Assembly (NCBI GenBank): GCA_963840855.1
Contig: CAWJBB010000041.1
Location: 64,001 to 128,000, forward strand
Direction: 5' to 3'
Length of the DNA: 64,000 nucleotides
Origin: an uncultured delta proteobacterium
GTDB taxonomy: Bacteria; Desulfobacterota; Binatia; UBA9968
This document shows positions 30,110 through 41,162 of this stretch, one piece after another; the stretch's first letter is position 1; the number at the start of each line of letters is the position of its first letter. The notes under the pieces were generated by a model. It did not search any database. It saw nothing but the letters and a program-made list of their open reading frames with translations, and had not been told where the DNA came from. The position numbers were made by a program, and so were the translations under genes.

Positions 30110-30556
30110 TCAGCTTTCGAGAATCAGGGTCACGGGTCCGTCGTTGACGAGAGCCACGCTCATGGCTGCTTGAAACCGCCCCGTGGCGACGGCGAGGCCG
30201 GCGGCGCGCAACTGAGCGACGAAGAATTCATATAGTCTTTGAGCGTCGGCGGGCGCCGCCGCTTCGCCAAAAGAGGGGCGGTTGCCTTTGCGGCAATCGC
30301 CGTACAAGGTGAACTGAGACACCACCAGAACTTCTCCATGGGTTTCACAGACCGAACGGTTGAGCTTGCCTTGATCGTCGTTAAAAATTCGCAGGCTGCC
30401 GACCTTCCTGGCCAGACTTTCGGCGTTGCGTTCGCCGTCGCCTTTGCCGATCCCTAATAGGATGCAAAGGCCTGGGCCGATCTTGCTGACGACGTCTTCG
30501 CCGCCTTCGCCCACCGTAACTTGAGCTTGAGTAACCCTTTGAATGACCGCGCGCAT
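30110..30556 (-). CDS. dtd: D-aminoacyl-tRNA deacylase
   Basis: [19 protein letters not shown]. Confidence 0.95.
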   Translation of the reverse strand: MRAVIQRVTQAQVTVGEGGEDVVSKIGPGLCILLGIGKGDGERNAESLARKVGSLRIFNDDQGKLNRSVCETHGEVLVVSQFTLYGDCRKGNRPSFGEAAAPADAQRLYEFFVAQLRAAGLAVATGRFQAAMSVALVNDGPVTLILES

Positions 30557-30704
30557 GGTTCGGCTATTCAAGTTGGAGGATAAGTGAGATTATGAAGAAT
30601 CATTGCTTCGGACTGGATCCAAATTCCTACGAAGTGCTAATGCAGTTCTTGTTAACAGAGAAATCCCGCCGCGACAATAAGCATAGAACCGCCTAGGATC
30701 CGCA

Positions 30705-30785
30705 AGTTCAAGCAGTTCCAGACGTTCAAATCGTTCAAGCCGTTGAACGACCTGAAGGATCGATCCGGTTGAACCGTTCGAACGA
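30705..30785 (+). repeat. 9-nt periodic GTTCAA/TTGAAC inverted repeat
   Basis: gttcaa gca gttcca gac gttcaa atc gttcaa ... ttgaac cgt tcgaac. Confidence 0.8.
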
Positions 30786-30833
30786 GTTGTACTATGAAGG
30801 GGGCGACTTCGCGCTCTGCGAGATCTCAGGCAG

Positions 30834-31592
30834 ATGAAGACTAGCCGTTGTTTAGAGTTTGCGATTTTTGCGTTGGCGATCCTGGTCTCTGGGCTGGCAG
30901 CGCAGGGCTGGGCGCTAGCGGCGCAATTCGGCGAGGCGTCGACGTCCGGGCCGGGCGGTAAATTGCTGGGCAGAGTCCTGGTCACAGGCGGCTATGAAAG
31001 GCCTCGCCGGCTCAAAGTGTTTAAGAGCCGGAAATTTTGCGGTGCGACGGTGCCCAATGAGACCTTGTTGATTAGCGCTGACGGCGGCTTGCGCAACGCG
31101 ATAATAACCCTCCAGCCTCTTGACCGGATCGTAACCGCGCTGCCCGGGCGGGTGGTCTTGGATAACCAACAGTGCGCCTTTGTGCCCCATGTTCAAGTCG
31201 CTACGGTGGGGAGCGAGCTAACGTTGAAGAACAGCGATCCGATTTTGCACACGGTTCATGCGCGCATGGGCAAAGAGACGCTGTTTAATATCGGGCTGCC
31301 GACCTGGCGACAGGTGACCAAGCGGCTCGAACGGGCCGGCGTTGTCAGGATTGACTGCGACGTGTTGCACACCTGGATGAGCGCGACGATCATGGTTGTG
31401 GTGACGCCGTATTTTTCCGTGACCGACGCTAGCGGCGCTATTTCGTTTGAAGGATTGCCCGCAGGCATCTATGAAATGGAAGTTTGGCATGAGCGGTTTG
31501 GCGTGAAAAAAACCAGGGTAAATTTGCCGGAAAACAGCGCGGTTGCCGTCGATGTGGTGTTTGGTTCGGGCGCCGGGCGCCCCAATGAATGA
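30834..31592 (+). CDS. exported cupredoxin-like/carboxypeptidase-regulatory-like protein
   Basis: Signal peptide; CAFVPHV, NSDPILHTVH, CDVLHTWM, GIYEMEVWHE. Confidence 0.75.
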   Translation: MKTSRCLEFAIFALAILVSGLAAQGWALAAQFGEASTSGPGGKLLGRVLVTGGYERPRRLKVFKSRKFCGATVPNETLLISADGGLRNAIITLQPLDRIVTALPGRVVLDNQQCAFVPHVQVATVGSELTLKNSDPILHTVHARMGKETLFNIGLPTWRQVTKRLERAGVVRIDCDVLHTWMSATIMVVVTPYFSVTDASGAISFEGLPAGIYEMEVWHERFGVKKTRVNLPENSAVAVDVVFGSGAGRPNE

Positions 31593-31713
31593 CGAATGAT
31601 GAATTCGACCGGCTTTTTGTTAGCTTAGTGTTTTATGGCTTCTGGGTCACGCCTTCACAGTAAACCCCGAACACGCCCTTTTGTAACTGCATCGAAAATG
31701 CCACTATCATGCG

Positions 31714-32553
31714 ATGATTCCGATCCTATTCCATATCGGCCCGATTCCTGTATACAGCTTCGGTGCCTTCATGGCGCTTGCCGCCATCGCCGCAGCGTTG
31801 ATTGTTCAGTTCGAGCTCAAACGAACCGGTTACAATCCTGAGATCGCCTCGACAATGGTGCTTGCGGCGGCGATCGGAGGACTCGTTGGCGCGCGCCTAT
31901 TGTTCATCGTCGAAAATTGGCACGACTTTCTCCGCTCGCCGATGAATTACATTGCCACCGGCGCCGGTTTTACCTGGTACGGCGGATTTATCGGCGGTGC
32001 GCTCGCCGCCAGTTGGGTGGCGTGGAAGAATAAAATCCCATGGCTTCGCGCGGTGGATTGCGCTGCGCCCGCGCTTGCCGCGAGTTACGGCATCGGACGC
32101 ATCGGCTGCCATGTAGCGGGGGATGGTGACTGGGGCGCCGTAACCGACGTTCCTTGGGGAGTTGCCTACACCAACGCCATCATCGGCTGGGTCGATCCGA
32201 ATACCGGGATTCCCTATCCGCCCGGCACTCGCGTCCATCCGACGCCCATCTATGAGTTTATCCAGTCGGCGATCATTTTTGCCATTCTGTGGGCGCTAAG
32301 AAAAAAAGGCTACCCGCCCGGGAGCATGTTCTGGTTGTATCTCATACTCGCCGGACTGGCGCGGGCGATGGTGGAAATTTGGCGCATCAATCCGCCAGTC
32401 GCGTTAGGCATGAGCGAGGCTCAATGGTTTGGCTTGGCCCTTGCCGTTATTGGTTGCTGGCAGCTGCTGCGTGCGCAAGAGCCGCGTTGCTTGACACACC
32501 GACAGGGCACCGAAAGTGGGATTGATCCGAGAACCGGGGAAGGCCGGTCATAA
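31714..32553 (+). CDS. lgt: prolipoprotein diacylglyceryl transferase
   Basis: GARL, WYGG, GRIGC, HPTPIYE, RAMVEIWR. Confidence 0.92.
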   Translation: MIPILFHIGPIPVYSFGAFMALAAIAAALIVQFELKRTGYNPEIASTMVLAAAIGGLVGARLLFIVENWHDFLRSPMNYIATGAGFTWYGGFIGGALAASWVAWKNKIPWLRAVDCAAPALAASYGIGRIGCHVAGDGDWGAVTDVPWGVAYTNAIIGWVDPNTGIPYPPGTRVHPTPIYEFIQSAIIFAILWALRKKGYPPGSMFWLYLILAGLARAMVEIWRINPPVALGMSEAQWFGLALAVIGCWQLLRAQEPRCLTHRQGTESGIDPRTGEGRS

Positions 32554-33272
32554 TGAAGAGTGGATCTCCGTGTAACCGGGACGAGAACAGCCTCCAACGA
32601 TTCAGAGAGATCGCCGCCCATCGACGCGCCAACGGCACCTATAGCGAAGGATTAAGCGTGAACCAACGCCCCGATTGTGGTCCGCCATGCGAATCGGGCC
32701 TAATGGCCCGTTACTCATTTTAGTTCAATAGTCAGGGCGATCTCGGGCAAACCAAAAGCACTTTCGTAAGGGCTCTTTTCCGGGGTCATCATGCACCTGA
32801 GCTCCGTCTCTCAGGGCGCGAGGCTCCAGCTAGGCTCCAGTGGGATGAACATCAAGCTTTGGTGACCGGAAAATAGCCGGCGCATTTTCTCGTATATCCT
32901 ACTCTCACGGCACAATCATTCGCTAGGACGCGAACGATTTCCAGCCTCGAAACTATAGCCTCTTTGAACCCGACAACTTGAGCGATCCCGCTTTCCTCGC
33001 CCAGGCGATCGCCTTAATTCGACTGGCCTCGAACAGCTTGACTGCGAGATGCGCACGAACCAGCCTGGGATAGGCGGCGCCCTGACGCAGGTGAGGTGTG
33101 GCATTCCAGTATCGTTCGTTGAACCGTCGCCGTTAATACCTACCATGGTCATAGCTTTGCGCTGCTAGCTTTTTGCCGCCGGACTGGCTTGATTTTTATT
33201 TATTTATCCTATGTAAACTGACTTTCATCCAGCGCTCAGCGCAACTTCGAAGGGAAAAGGAGAACCGCAACC

Positions 33273-34460
33273 ATGTGGAAAGGGTTCAAGGTGATCGATG
33301 CGGACGCGCATATGCATGAACCGGAGTATTTATGGGATCGTTACGTCGAAACCAAGTACCGCGACCGGGTGCCGAAGGTCGCTTTCATGGACGGAATCCG
33401 GATGGTTTATGAACCCGATGGCAAGATCATCACGAAGGCCGAGCCGCAGCGCCATGCACTCGAAAGCGAGAAGCGGGAGATGGAAAGAAAGTACGGCGAG
33501 GCCTACCGTACCTGGTGGTCAGCGGAAACACGCCTGATAGTGATGGACCAAAATGGTTGGGACATTCAGGTCTGTCTCCCGACGGCGAACAACGGCAACT
33601 TCGCCTATCGCGTCGCGTTAAAAGATGTCGAGCTTGGCGCCGCCATGTGCCGGGCCTACAATAACTGGTGCTATGATTATTGCAGCGCGGATCACAAGCG
33701 ACTGAAATTTGTCGCCGTCTTGCCCGGTGGAGACGCGGGTGAGATGGTCAAGGAGGCGCGCCGAGCGGTCGAGAAGCTGGGGGCCGTGTCGGTTAGAAAT
33801 CCGGTCCTGCGGGATGGCAAGTGGTTGCACGAGCCGGAGATCGATGCGCTCTGGGATCTCGCTTGCGAGCTCGATTTCCCGATCTCCATCCACGGAGAAT
33901 ACCGCCATCTACGTTTCCAACCTTTTGAATACAACAAGGACTGGCAGTTTGAGGGCAATGCCCAGCTCGGCAAGCAGCGCTTCGCGTTGCGCGGTTTGGA
34001 CCACGCGTTGGGATTTCCATTCGATAATATGACCACTCTCGGCTACTTTATCTTCACGGGAATCCTGGAGCGTTTCCCCAAGCTGCGCCTCGGACTGTTG
34101 GAATCCAATTGCGGCTGGTTGCCGTTCTGGCTCGGCCGCATGGACGATCACACCCATGGGCGCAACAGTGTGATGGGCAATGCGGTGGACCGGTTGCCGC
34201 TGCGCCCAACGGAATATTTTATTCGCCAATGCAGCCTGGCGTGCGACAGCGACGAGCGGGCGCTGAGAAGCGTAGTGGACTATTTGAACGGCGATAACTT
34301 GGTGTGGAATAGCGATTACCCGCACCCCGACGCCCCCGAGCCGGCCGAGGCTCTCCCTGATCTCGATGCTCAATCTATTTCCGAGGAAGCCAAACGCAAA
34401 ATCCTGTGGGACAATGCCGTGAAACTCTACGGAGAGCGGATTATTTCAAACCGTTCATAG
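33273..34460 (+). CDS. amidohydrolase family 2 protein
   Basis: VIDADAH, AYNNW, ESNCGWL, SDYPH. Confidence 0.9.
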   Translation: MWKGFKVIDADAHMHEPEYLWDRYVETKYRDRVPKVAFMDGIRMVYEPDGKIITKAEPQRHALESEKREMERKYGEAYRTWWSAETRLIVMDQNGWDIQVCLPTANNGNFAYRVALKDVELGAAMCRAYNNWCYDYCSADHKRLKFVAVLPGGDAGEMVKEARRAVEKLGAVSVRNPVLRDGKWLHEPEIDALWDLACELDFPISIHGEYRHLRFQPFEYNKDWQFEGNAQLGKQRFALRGLDHALGFPFDNMTTLGYFIFTGILERFPKLRLGLLESNCGWLPFWLGRMDDHTHGRNSVMGNAVDRLPLRPTEYFIRQCSLACDSDERALRSVVDYLNGDNLVWNSDYPHPDAPEPAEALPDLDAQSISEEAKRKILWDNAVKLYGERIISNRS

Positions 34461-34521
34461 GCGCTGACGCCGCGTCGGCAAACCGCTGCCGCGGCGCGGA
34501 CGGGAGAAAGAGGAACAAGGG

Positions 34522-35553
34522 ATGCTCAATCGCAAGAGGTCTGCCGCTGGTTTTATCGTTCTGCTTCTATTGTTGGCCTTGAGTTCAGCCGCGCGAGGCG
34601 CCTCCGACGATCTCGTGAAAGCCGCAAATAAGGAAGCCTCGCTGCTTCTGTACGGCGGCGCCACGCTGCAGCATATGACCCTGTTGATCGCAAATTTTAA
34701 CCGCACGCATCCCGGCATAAAAGTCAACTATCTGCGCAAATCAGGATCGTCCCTGTTCGAATTAATTGTCCGAGAGCTGAGGGCCAAAACTTACAACGCC
34801 GACGCCTATGTTCCGATTACCATCGACCAAGCCATCTATTTGGCGGAACGGAAGCTTTTAACCCACCATGCTTCGCCGGAACGGGCGGCAATTCCAGAGC
34901 AGTCGAAAGACCGCGACGGCTATTGGACGACGCTTTACCAGACCGGGCATGTTTTCGCTCATAACACGCGCCAGGTGAATCCCAAGGATGCGCCTCGTTC
35001 GTACGATGATCTGCTCCAGCCCAGGTGGAAAGGAAAGATCATGATGGATGACGAGGAAGACCTGTGGTACGCATCCGTGCTGGAGATTTTGGGCAAAGAA
35101 AAGGGTCAGAGCTTCATGCGCGGCCTGGCGCAGCAACAACCAGTGTTTCAAGGGAGCAAAACGCTGATGATGCAGCTGCTCTGCGCCGGCGAGGTTGCTC
35201 TCGCTTTTCCGGTGAATTTCAATCAAGCCAACGATGCCAAAAAAAGAGGCTGTCCGAGCGACTGGGTGGTCATAGAGCCGCAAACCCAGCGCCCGCCCTT
35301 CGTCATCGCCATGGCGCAGAACGCGCCGCATCCGGCGGCGGCAAAGCTATTCATCGACTTTTTGCTATCCAAGGAGCCGCAAAGATTTATGCAGGAAAAT
35401 ATTTTTCGGCAATCACCGCGGCTGGACGTGGAACCGAGCGGGGATTTGGCCAAGCTCAAGGGCGTTCGCGTCTGGAAATCCGATTGGAATGCGATCTTCA
35501 AAGAACGCGCTGGCTACACTGACGCGTTTAAAAAGGTTTTCAAGCTCTCTTGA
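34522..35553 (+). CDS. ABC substrate-binding protein (AfuA/Fe3+-like)
   Basis: Signal peptide, DLLQPRWKG, APHPAAAKLFIDFLLS. Confidence 0.85.
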   Translation: MLNRKRSAAGFIVLLLLLALSSAARGASDDLVKAANKEASLLLYGGATLQHMTLLIANFNRTHPGIKVNYLRKSGSSLFELIVRELRAKTYNADAYVPITIDQAIYLAERKLLTHHASPERAAIPEQSKDRDGYWTTLYQTGHVFAHNTRQVNPKDAPRSYDDLLQPRWKGKIMMDDEEDLWYASVLEILGKEKGQSFMRGLAQQQPVFQGSKTLMMQLLCAGEVALAFPVNFNQANDAKKRGCPSDWVVIEPQTQRPPFVIAMAQNAPHPAAAKLFIDFLLSKEPQRFMQENIFRQSPRLDVEPSGDLAKLKGVRVWKSDWNAIFKERAGYTDAFKKVFKLS

Positions 35554-35796
35554 TGACTTTTCCCTATCCCGACAATCTCGGCCGGCATCTCTTCCTCTCT
35601 GTTCTGCGCATCTAGATCAGTCCGTCAATTTCGTCTGGTCTTTCCCTGATTCGTAGCCGGGTGTCTGTCCTGTCCCACATTTTCGGAACAATTTTTTCCG
35701 GCTGACTAGGTTGGTAAATTGCTTGGATGCATGACGCGAGTCTTATTGCGAAGAAGAAATAAAAGAGAAACACTAATAAGCCAAATGGAGGTTGTC

Positions 35797-36220
35797 ATGA
35801 AAAAAGTTGTTGCAGCGATGGTTCTATCGGGAGCGCTTGGTTTCTTGCCTGCTCTCGCCCAGGAGAAAAACGACTCCCGCGAAGGAAGGCATGCCGATGA
35901 AAAGGAGATGGGCATGAAAGAGGAGGGCATAATGATGGAACAGCTGAAGGGGATGCAGAGAGAGCATGGAGCGAAATGCGCAAAGCATGGGGGCGGAATG
36001 ATGAAGGGCAGGGACATGATGAAAAGCGAAGATATGCAAGGGATGGGAAAGTCGATGGGGGAGATGTCAGGAGATGATGGGGAATATGGCGCAGATGATG
36101 GGGAGCGGCAAGATGACGCCGGAAGAGTTGCGGAACATGTCGAAGATGATGAGCGACATGTCCGGCATGGTGAAGCAGATGTCGGAGCGGATGGCACGGG
36201 GAATGAAGAAGACTCAATGA
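35797..36220 (+). CDS. exported Met-rich protein, frameshift near 36070
   Basis: GGAGG RBS, signal peptide; after a +1 shift it reads EMMGNMAQMMGSGKMTPEELRNMSKMMSDMSGMVKQMSERMARGMKKTQ*. Confidence 0.75.
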
Positions 36221-36312
36221 ATAACAGCCGGCGAAGAAGACCACCAAAGCATAGAAAGCACATGGGCATATTAGCCGAATTTTGATAACGAAGTCAGAAA
36301 GAGGAAAACGAC

Positions 36313-36792
36313 ATGAAAACTCATCTGCGCGGACTGTTGGTTTTGGTTTTCTCAATCATGGCGATGGCGGGTTGCGAGCGCGCGGCTAAACTTGTTCAAG
36401 GATCCGATGGCCATCAGCATGGCACCCCGGTTAATTGGAAATTCACCTTGCCGGCGGGCAACGCCGCCGAAGGGCGCAAGTTATTCGTCGCGGCGGAATG
36501 TCATAAGTGCCATGAAGTCAAAGGCGAAACATTTCCAGCGGTGGCCAAAGAGCCAGGCGATGTCGGCCCTGAGTTGGCGCAGATGGCCGGGATGCACCCG
36601 CCGGAGTTTTTCGCCGAGTCGATTATCAATCCCAGCGCCGTAATCGACCACGATGCCAAGGAGAAGGGCTATGTCGGTGCAGACGGAAAGTCCAAGATGC
36701 CGGATTACAACGACACTCTTACCCTGCGCCAGCTTGCGGACATTACCGCCTATCTAATTTCACTCAAAGGGGACGGACACAAAGGTCACTAG
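36313..36792 (+). CDS. c-type cytochrome lipoprotein
   Basis: Lipobox MAGC, CHKCH, GPEL, ESIINP, KMP. Confidence 0.85.
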   Translation: MKTHLRGLLVLVFSIMAMAGCERAAKLVQGSDGHQHGTPVNWKFTLPAGNAAEGRKLFVAAECHKCHEVKGETFPAVAKEPGDVGPELAQMAGMHPPEFFAESIINPSAVIDHDAKEKGYVGADGKSKMPDYNDTLTLRQLADITAYLISLKGDGHKGH

Positions 36793-36873
36793 AGCAAAAG
36801 ATCCGCATGACAGACGAAGAGACGAAGGGCGGTGGCTGGCTCCACTGAAACCGCATGCTAAAGTAGGCGCAAA

Positions 36874-38326
36874 ATGTCTGCACAGACTGATCCTGAGTTG
36901 GCCAGACAAAGTCTTGTTTTGCGTTTGGTGGAACGGTTCTTCGGCCGTTTGCGACTGCGTTTCTTACCGGTGCTTCTGACTTATTTTTGTTACGGTGCCA
37001 GCGCCCTCACCGGCGTGGCCTTGGTCTTCTTTGAGAAGAATGTGCTCGGGCTCACGCCGGCTGAAGTGGCGGAGATCGGTTTCTGGTTGGGCCTGCCATG
37101 GAGCATGAAAATGGTCGCCGGGACGGCTTCGGACCACTATCCGATTTTCGGCAGTCGCCGCAGAGCCTATCTTTTGCTCGGCGCCTTTTGCTCTTTGCTG
37201 GGGTATGCCTGGCTCGCGAGCCGTGGTGGGCGTCAAAGAACAGTTTCTCCTCGCCATGTTGATGGTGACGGTGGGTTTTATGATTCAGGACGTGGTCGCC
37301 GACGCTCTCAGCGTGGAGGTGGCGGAAAACGAGGAAGAGCTTAAACAGATTCAGGCGCTGGGGCGAGTGGCGCTGCTCCTTGGCAGTATTAGCGTCGGCT
37401 ATCTCGGCGGCTGGCTGGCCGGACGAATCGGCGCCCGCAACGTGTTCGCCATGGCAATGTTCTTGCCGCTCCTGGTAGCCGCCAGTTCCTACCTCCTGCC
37501 CCCGGAGGAGCGGTCCCGGCAACCATCATTAGATGATACCCCGGGCGCCGGATGGAAGCCGGCTGTGATCATGGCGAGCGGGCTCGCTTACGCATTGTTG
37601 GGCGCGGCACTGCAACTCTTCGAGGTTGCCTACGCACAGGAAATCGTGCTGGTCGTTTCCGGCTTGTTGATAGCGTTTCTTCTCAAGCTGGTCGGTATCT
37701 CGCGCTCGGTCGTGATCGCCGCTCTGGTAATTTTTCTTTTTCGGTCGATTCCCGGCGTCGGTCAAGGCTACCAGTATTGGGCCATCGATCGGTTGGGTTT
37801 CGACGAGCGCTTTCTCGGGCTGCTCTCTCAAGTGAGCTCGGTGCTGAGTTTGGCGGGGCTTTTGATCTTCAGGAAAACCATCGTTGAGCGTCCAGTTAGT
37901 TTCACGCTGTTCTGGGTCGTGCTGGCCGGAAGTGTCCTCTATCTGCCGAGCATCGGGCTCTTTTATGGCGCCAACGAATGGCTCGGAATAACGCCGCGAA
38001 TGTTCGCCTTCATCGACACGACGATTTCCGCGCCTTTGGGTCAGTTGACGATGGTGCCCATTCTCGTGCTCATCGCCAAGTCGGCGAAACCGGGCGCCGA
38101 AGCGACGACGTTTGCCATCATGGCGTCCCTCATGAACCTGGCGCTATCCGCCAGCGAGCTTTTTACCAGGTATCTGAACGATTTTTTTTCGGTCAGCCAA
38201 CAGGACTATTCTAACTTGGGCCGATTGATGATCAGCGTCGGAGTCATCGGCCTATTGCCGCTCTGCGCGCTGCCGCTGTTAAGGCGGGAAGAGCGCGCCG
38301 GCAGCGGCAGTGAGCCTACCGGCTAA
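36874..38326 (+). CDS. BT1 folate/biopterin family MFS transporter, frameshift near 37219
   Basis: LPWSMK..SD.YPIFGSRRRAY, QDVVADAL, GAEATTFA; split over two ORFs. Confidence 0.8.
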
Positions 38327-38394
38327 CGGAATTATTCGCCAGCTCAGCATCCGAATGAGTCTTTCCGGTGGCGGGCAATAGCCGGTACCTTTTT

Positions 38395-38492
38395 GGTTCA
38401 ATGTTCAAGGTTCAATGTTCAACGTATGTCTGAGTAGTTGAACACCCAAACTGTTGTCCCTAACTTTGAACTTTGAACGTTGAACTTTGAAC
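38395..38492 (+). repeat. 7-nt periodic GTTCAA/TTGAAC inverted repeat
   Basis: (GTTCAAn)x4 ... (nTTGAAC)x4. Confidence 0.85.
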
Positions 38493-38536
38493 CGACGCCG
38501 AGAGTTCCCCCGCCACGGGGCGCGCCGCCTAGCCGC

Positions 38537-39628
38537 CTACCAGGCATCGTGCATGGTCGCCAAAATCCGCCCGTAAATTTCAGAGCCGACCATGCCCCGC
38601 GCTTGCAGTTCGGCCCGGCAGATTCTGCTGCAAAAGGCGATGGCGGCCTGGCACACGATCATGGCCTTGCCGTTCATCGTCCGGTGGCCGGTATCACGGC
38701 CATGGCGCAAGAAGACCGTTTCCTCGGGATGGTAAATCAAATCGTAAAAGCGAACCGATCGGGGAATTGACGACGCCAGGTGTAGCGATGCTTCATTGTT
38801 GCGTCTGATATCAGCTTCGGCGGCACGCGTGCCCCTAGCGCCGGATTCGGCCTTGCCGGAGTCAGCTTGCCTTGCTAAGTCCGGCTCCGCCGGCGCAAGA
38901 GCGGAATAGGGTTCTAGTGAGAACGCGCCGCCCTGACCCTTGGTGGTGCTGTTGATGATGAGGATTACCTTCGGTGCCCAGCGCGGCAGTTCATTTTCGC
39001 CGATGGCTTCAGCGTGGCCGCCGGCCCTGCGGATTTCTTCGGCCAGGGCGAGCGCATGTTCCACGGTGCGATTGCAGATGATGAGCTTGCCGCCGCCCAA
39101 CAATTCGCTCACGTAAAAGGCCACGGCCCGGGCCGAACCGCCGGCGCCCAATAAAAGGACGCCGGTGCCGCTGAGCGAAGCGACAAAGCTCTCTGTCTGC
39201 CCGGGTTGGGGTTTCAAGATGCTCGCGCCGAAGCCTGCACCGTCGGTGTTGTAGCCGACGAGCCGGCCGTCGTGGGTTCGGACAACCGTGTTGACGGCCT
39301 GGATGCGCGCCGCACCAGGATCGACTTCGTCTAAGAAGTCCATGATGGCAAGCTTGTGCGGCACCGTGACATTCACGCCGAGCAGCCGCTCACAATTTCT
39401 AAACGCCGCCGCAAGCTCTTTGAGTTTCGCTGAGTCCACGTCCAACGGCACATAACGCGCGTGAATCGCCAAATCGGCAAACGCGGCGTTCCACAAAGCC
39501 GGACTTTTTGAATAGCGCGACGGCGCTTCGCCAATGACCCCGGCGATCCGTTTGTCGCCGATGATCTGTGCATCAATCCGGTTGGTGAGGCAGGCTTGAA
39601 TGGCCACGAGGTCTTTTGCGGTCGACAT
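38537..39628 (-). CDS. aroE: shikimate dehydrogenase
   Basis: SKSP, NVTVPHK, AVNT, GYNTDG, GAGGSARA, DLIYHP. Confidence 0.9.
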   Translation of the reverse strand: MSTAKDLVAIQACLTNRIDAQIIGDKRIAGVIGEAPSRYSKSPALWNAAFADLAIHARYVPLDVDSAKLKELAAAFRNCERLLGVNVTVPHKLAIMDFLDEVDPGAARIQAVNTVVRTHDGRLVGYNTDGAGFGASILKPQPGQTESFVASLSGTGVLLLGAGGSARAVAFYVSELLGGGKLIICNRTVEHALALAEEIRRAGGHAEAIGENELPRWAPKVILIINSTTKGQGGAFSLEPYSALAPAEPDLARQADSGKAESGARGTRAAEADIRRNNEASLHLASSIPRSVRFYDLIYHPEETVFLRHGRDTGHRTMNGKAMIVCQAAIAFCSRICRAELQARGMVGSEIYGRILATMHDAW

Positions 39629-39722
39629 GGCGATTCAGAGTTGCACGGCGGAAACTTGTTGGCAACCCGGCGTTATTCAAAATTCAAGGTTCAACGTTTT
39701 GCCCGCTGAACCCTAAATTCGG

Positions 39723-41153
39723 CTAGGCCGGTTTGATCGAGAGCTTGTCGTCGGCGAATGTTAGCAGGCTAGGTTTCTCGTTGATGACGGTTTCCAAAAC
39801 AACGTCATGTTCCCACAACTGACGCAGGTAGCGCATGGTCTTTTCGGCGTACTCCAGCTGCAGGTCGCGGCCGTCATGTTCATGCTTGAGCAGCAGAGCG
39901 CGATTTTTGTTGTAGTCGGAGTCCACTACTTTAATGACCGGTATGGTGCCGGTGCCGACATTGTGTATCAAGGTTTCTTTGATTTCGCGCCAGCTGTCCT
40001 TGTCGGCCACGCGGCTGACCACTTGCTCGTCGCCCCGCGTGCGGTACTCGAACAGATTCAATTCCCGAAGTAAGTCTTCTGTCAGGTAGCGGCGCAGAAA
40101 CGAGGAGTCGCGCTCCACTTCGCGCACTTCGAAGAGTTTTTCTATGGCGGTTTTTGTTCGCGGACCGAATTCCTTCTCTTCCTCCGGCGAGGGGTGGTCC
40201 CAACGCTTCTCGATATCCTCCCAGATCTTCATGCCGACGTGATAGGGATTCAAACCGCCCGGGTGCGGGCGTAGGACCTGAGTGTGGCGCACGATGAATT
40301 CCAAGTGGAGGCTTTGCGGAAGATCCAGGGCCTCGAGGATGCGCTTGTGCCAGAAGCTCGCCCAGCCCTCGTTCATGATCTTGGTTTCCATCTGTGGAAT
40401 GAAATATTGAGTTTGATCGTAGACGATGGTGAGCAGATCTTTTTCCCAATCGGCGAAATGCGGATTGTGATCGCGAATGAACAGCAATAGATCCTCGTCC
40501 GGGTAGAGCGGCACTCGGGTGAGATCGGGTGGCGCGTACTCCTTGGCGCGGTGGATTGCGCGGAAGGGATCTTTGGCGGGCTCAGATTCTTGCAATTTGG
40601 ATTCGCGCTCTTCTTCGGCGCCACGCTTGCGGATCGCCAGATTGCGCCGGCACTGTAAAGAAAGGGCGTGGGCGGCGTCGAGGATACGCTCGACTTTTTC
40701 CAGCCCTATACTGGGGTCTTCGACATACCGGCGTACGCGGTCCGCATGGGTCTTGAACGTCTCGATGGTGTACTCGGCCCGGGTGGAACGAAAGGTGAAA
40801 TTATTTTTGAAAAAATCATTATGGCCGTAAACATGGGCGATGGTGAGAACTTGCAGCGCCAACGTGTTGTCGCGCATCAGATACGCGATGGCGGGATTGG
40901 AGTTGATGACCATTTCATAGGGCAGGCCGCTGACGCCGTACTCGTAAAGTGTTTTCAGCTTTTCGAAGCTTTTGCCGTAGGACCAGTGCGGGTAATGAGA
41001 GGGCATGCCGGAGTAGACCATGTAGGACAGCATGTCTTCATGGTCGCACACCTCGAACTCCTGTGTGTAGGTGTCGAGTCCAAAGCGCTCAACCAACGCG
41101 ACGATGCGCTCGTTCCAGCTCTCAAGGTCCTCAAGGTTATAGACAGCGCTCAC
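39723..41153 (-). CDS. spoVR: SpoVR family protein
   Basis: YPHWSYGK, YEMVIN, AHVYGHNDFFKNN, TKIMNEGWASFWH. Confidence 0.95.
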   Translation of the reverse strand: MSAVYNLEDLESWNERIVALVERFGLDTYTQEFEVCDHEDMLSYMVYSGMPSHYPHWSYGKSFEKLKTLYEYGVSGLPYEMVINSNPAIAYLMRDNTLALQVLTIAHVYGHNDFFKNNFTFRSTRAEYTIETFKTHADRVRRYVEDPSIGLEKVERILDAAHALSLQCRRNLAIRKRGAEEERESKLQESEPAKDPFRAIHRAKEYAPPDLTRVPLYPDEDLLLFIRDHNPHFADWEKDLLTIVYDQTQYFIPQMETKIMNEGWASFWHKRILEALDLPQSLHLEFIVRHTQVLRPHPGGLNPYHVGMKIWEDIEKRWDHPSPEEEKEFGPRTKTAIEKLFEVREVERDSSFLRRYLTEDLLRELNLFEYRTRGDEQVVSRVADKDSWREIKETLIHNVGTGTIPVIKVVDSDYNKNRALLLKHEHDGRDLQLEYAEKTMRYLRQLWEHDVVLETVINEKPSLLTFADDKLSIKPA

Positions 41154-41162
41154 CGTATGCCC

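Noticed and set aside
30592-30696. 34-aa ORF after GGAGGA
   Set aside because: Short, no recognisable features, long RBS spacing; unsupported without homologs
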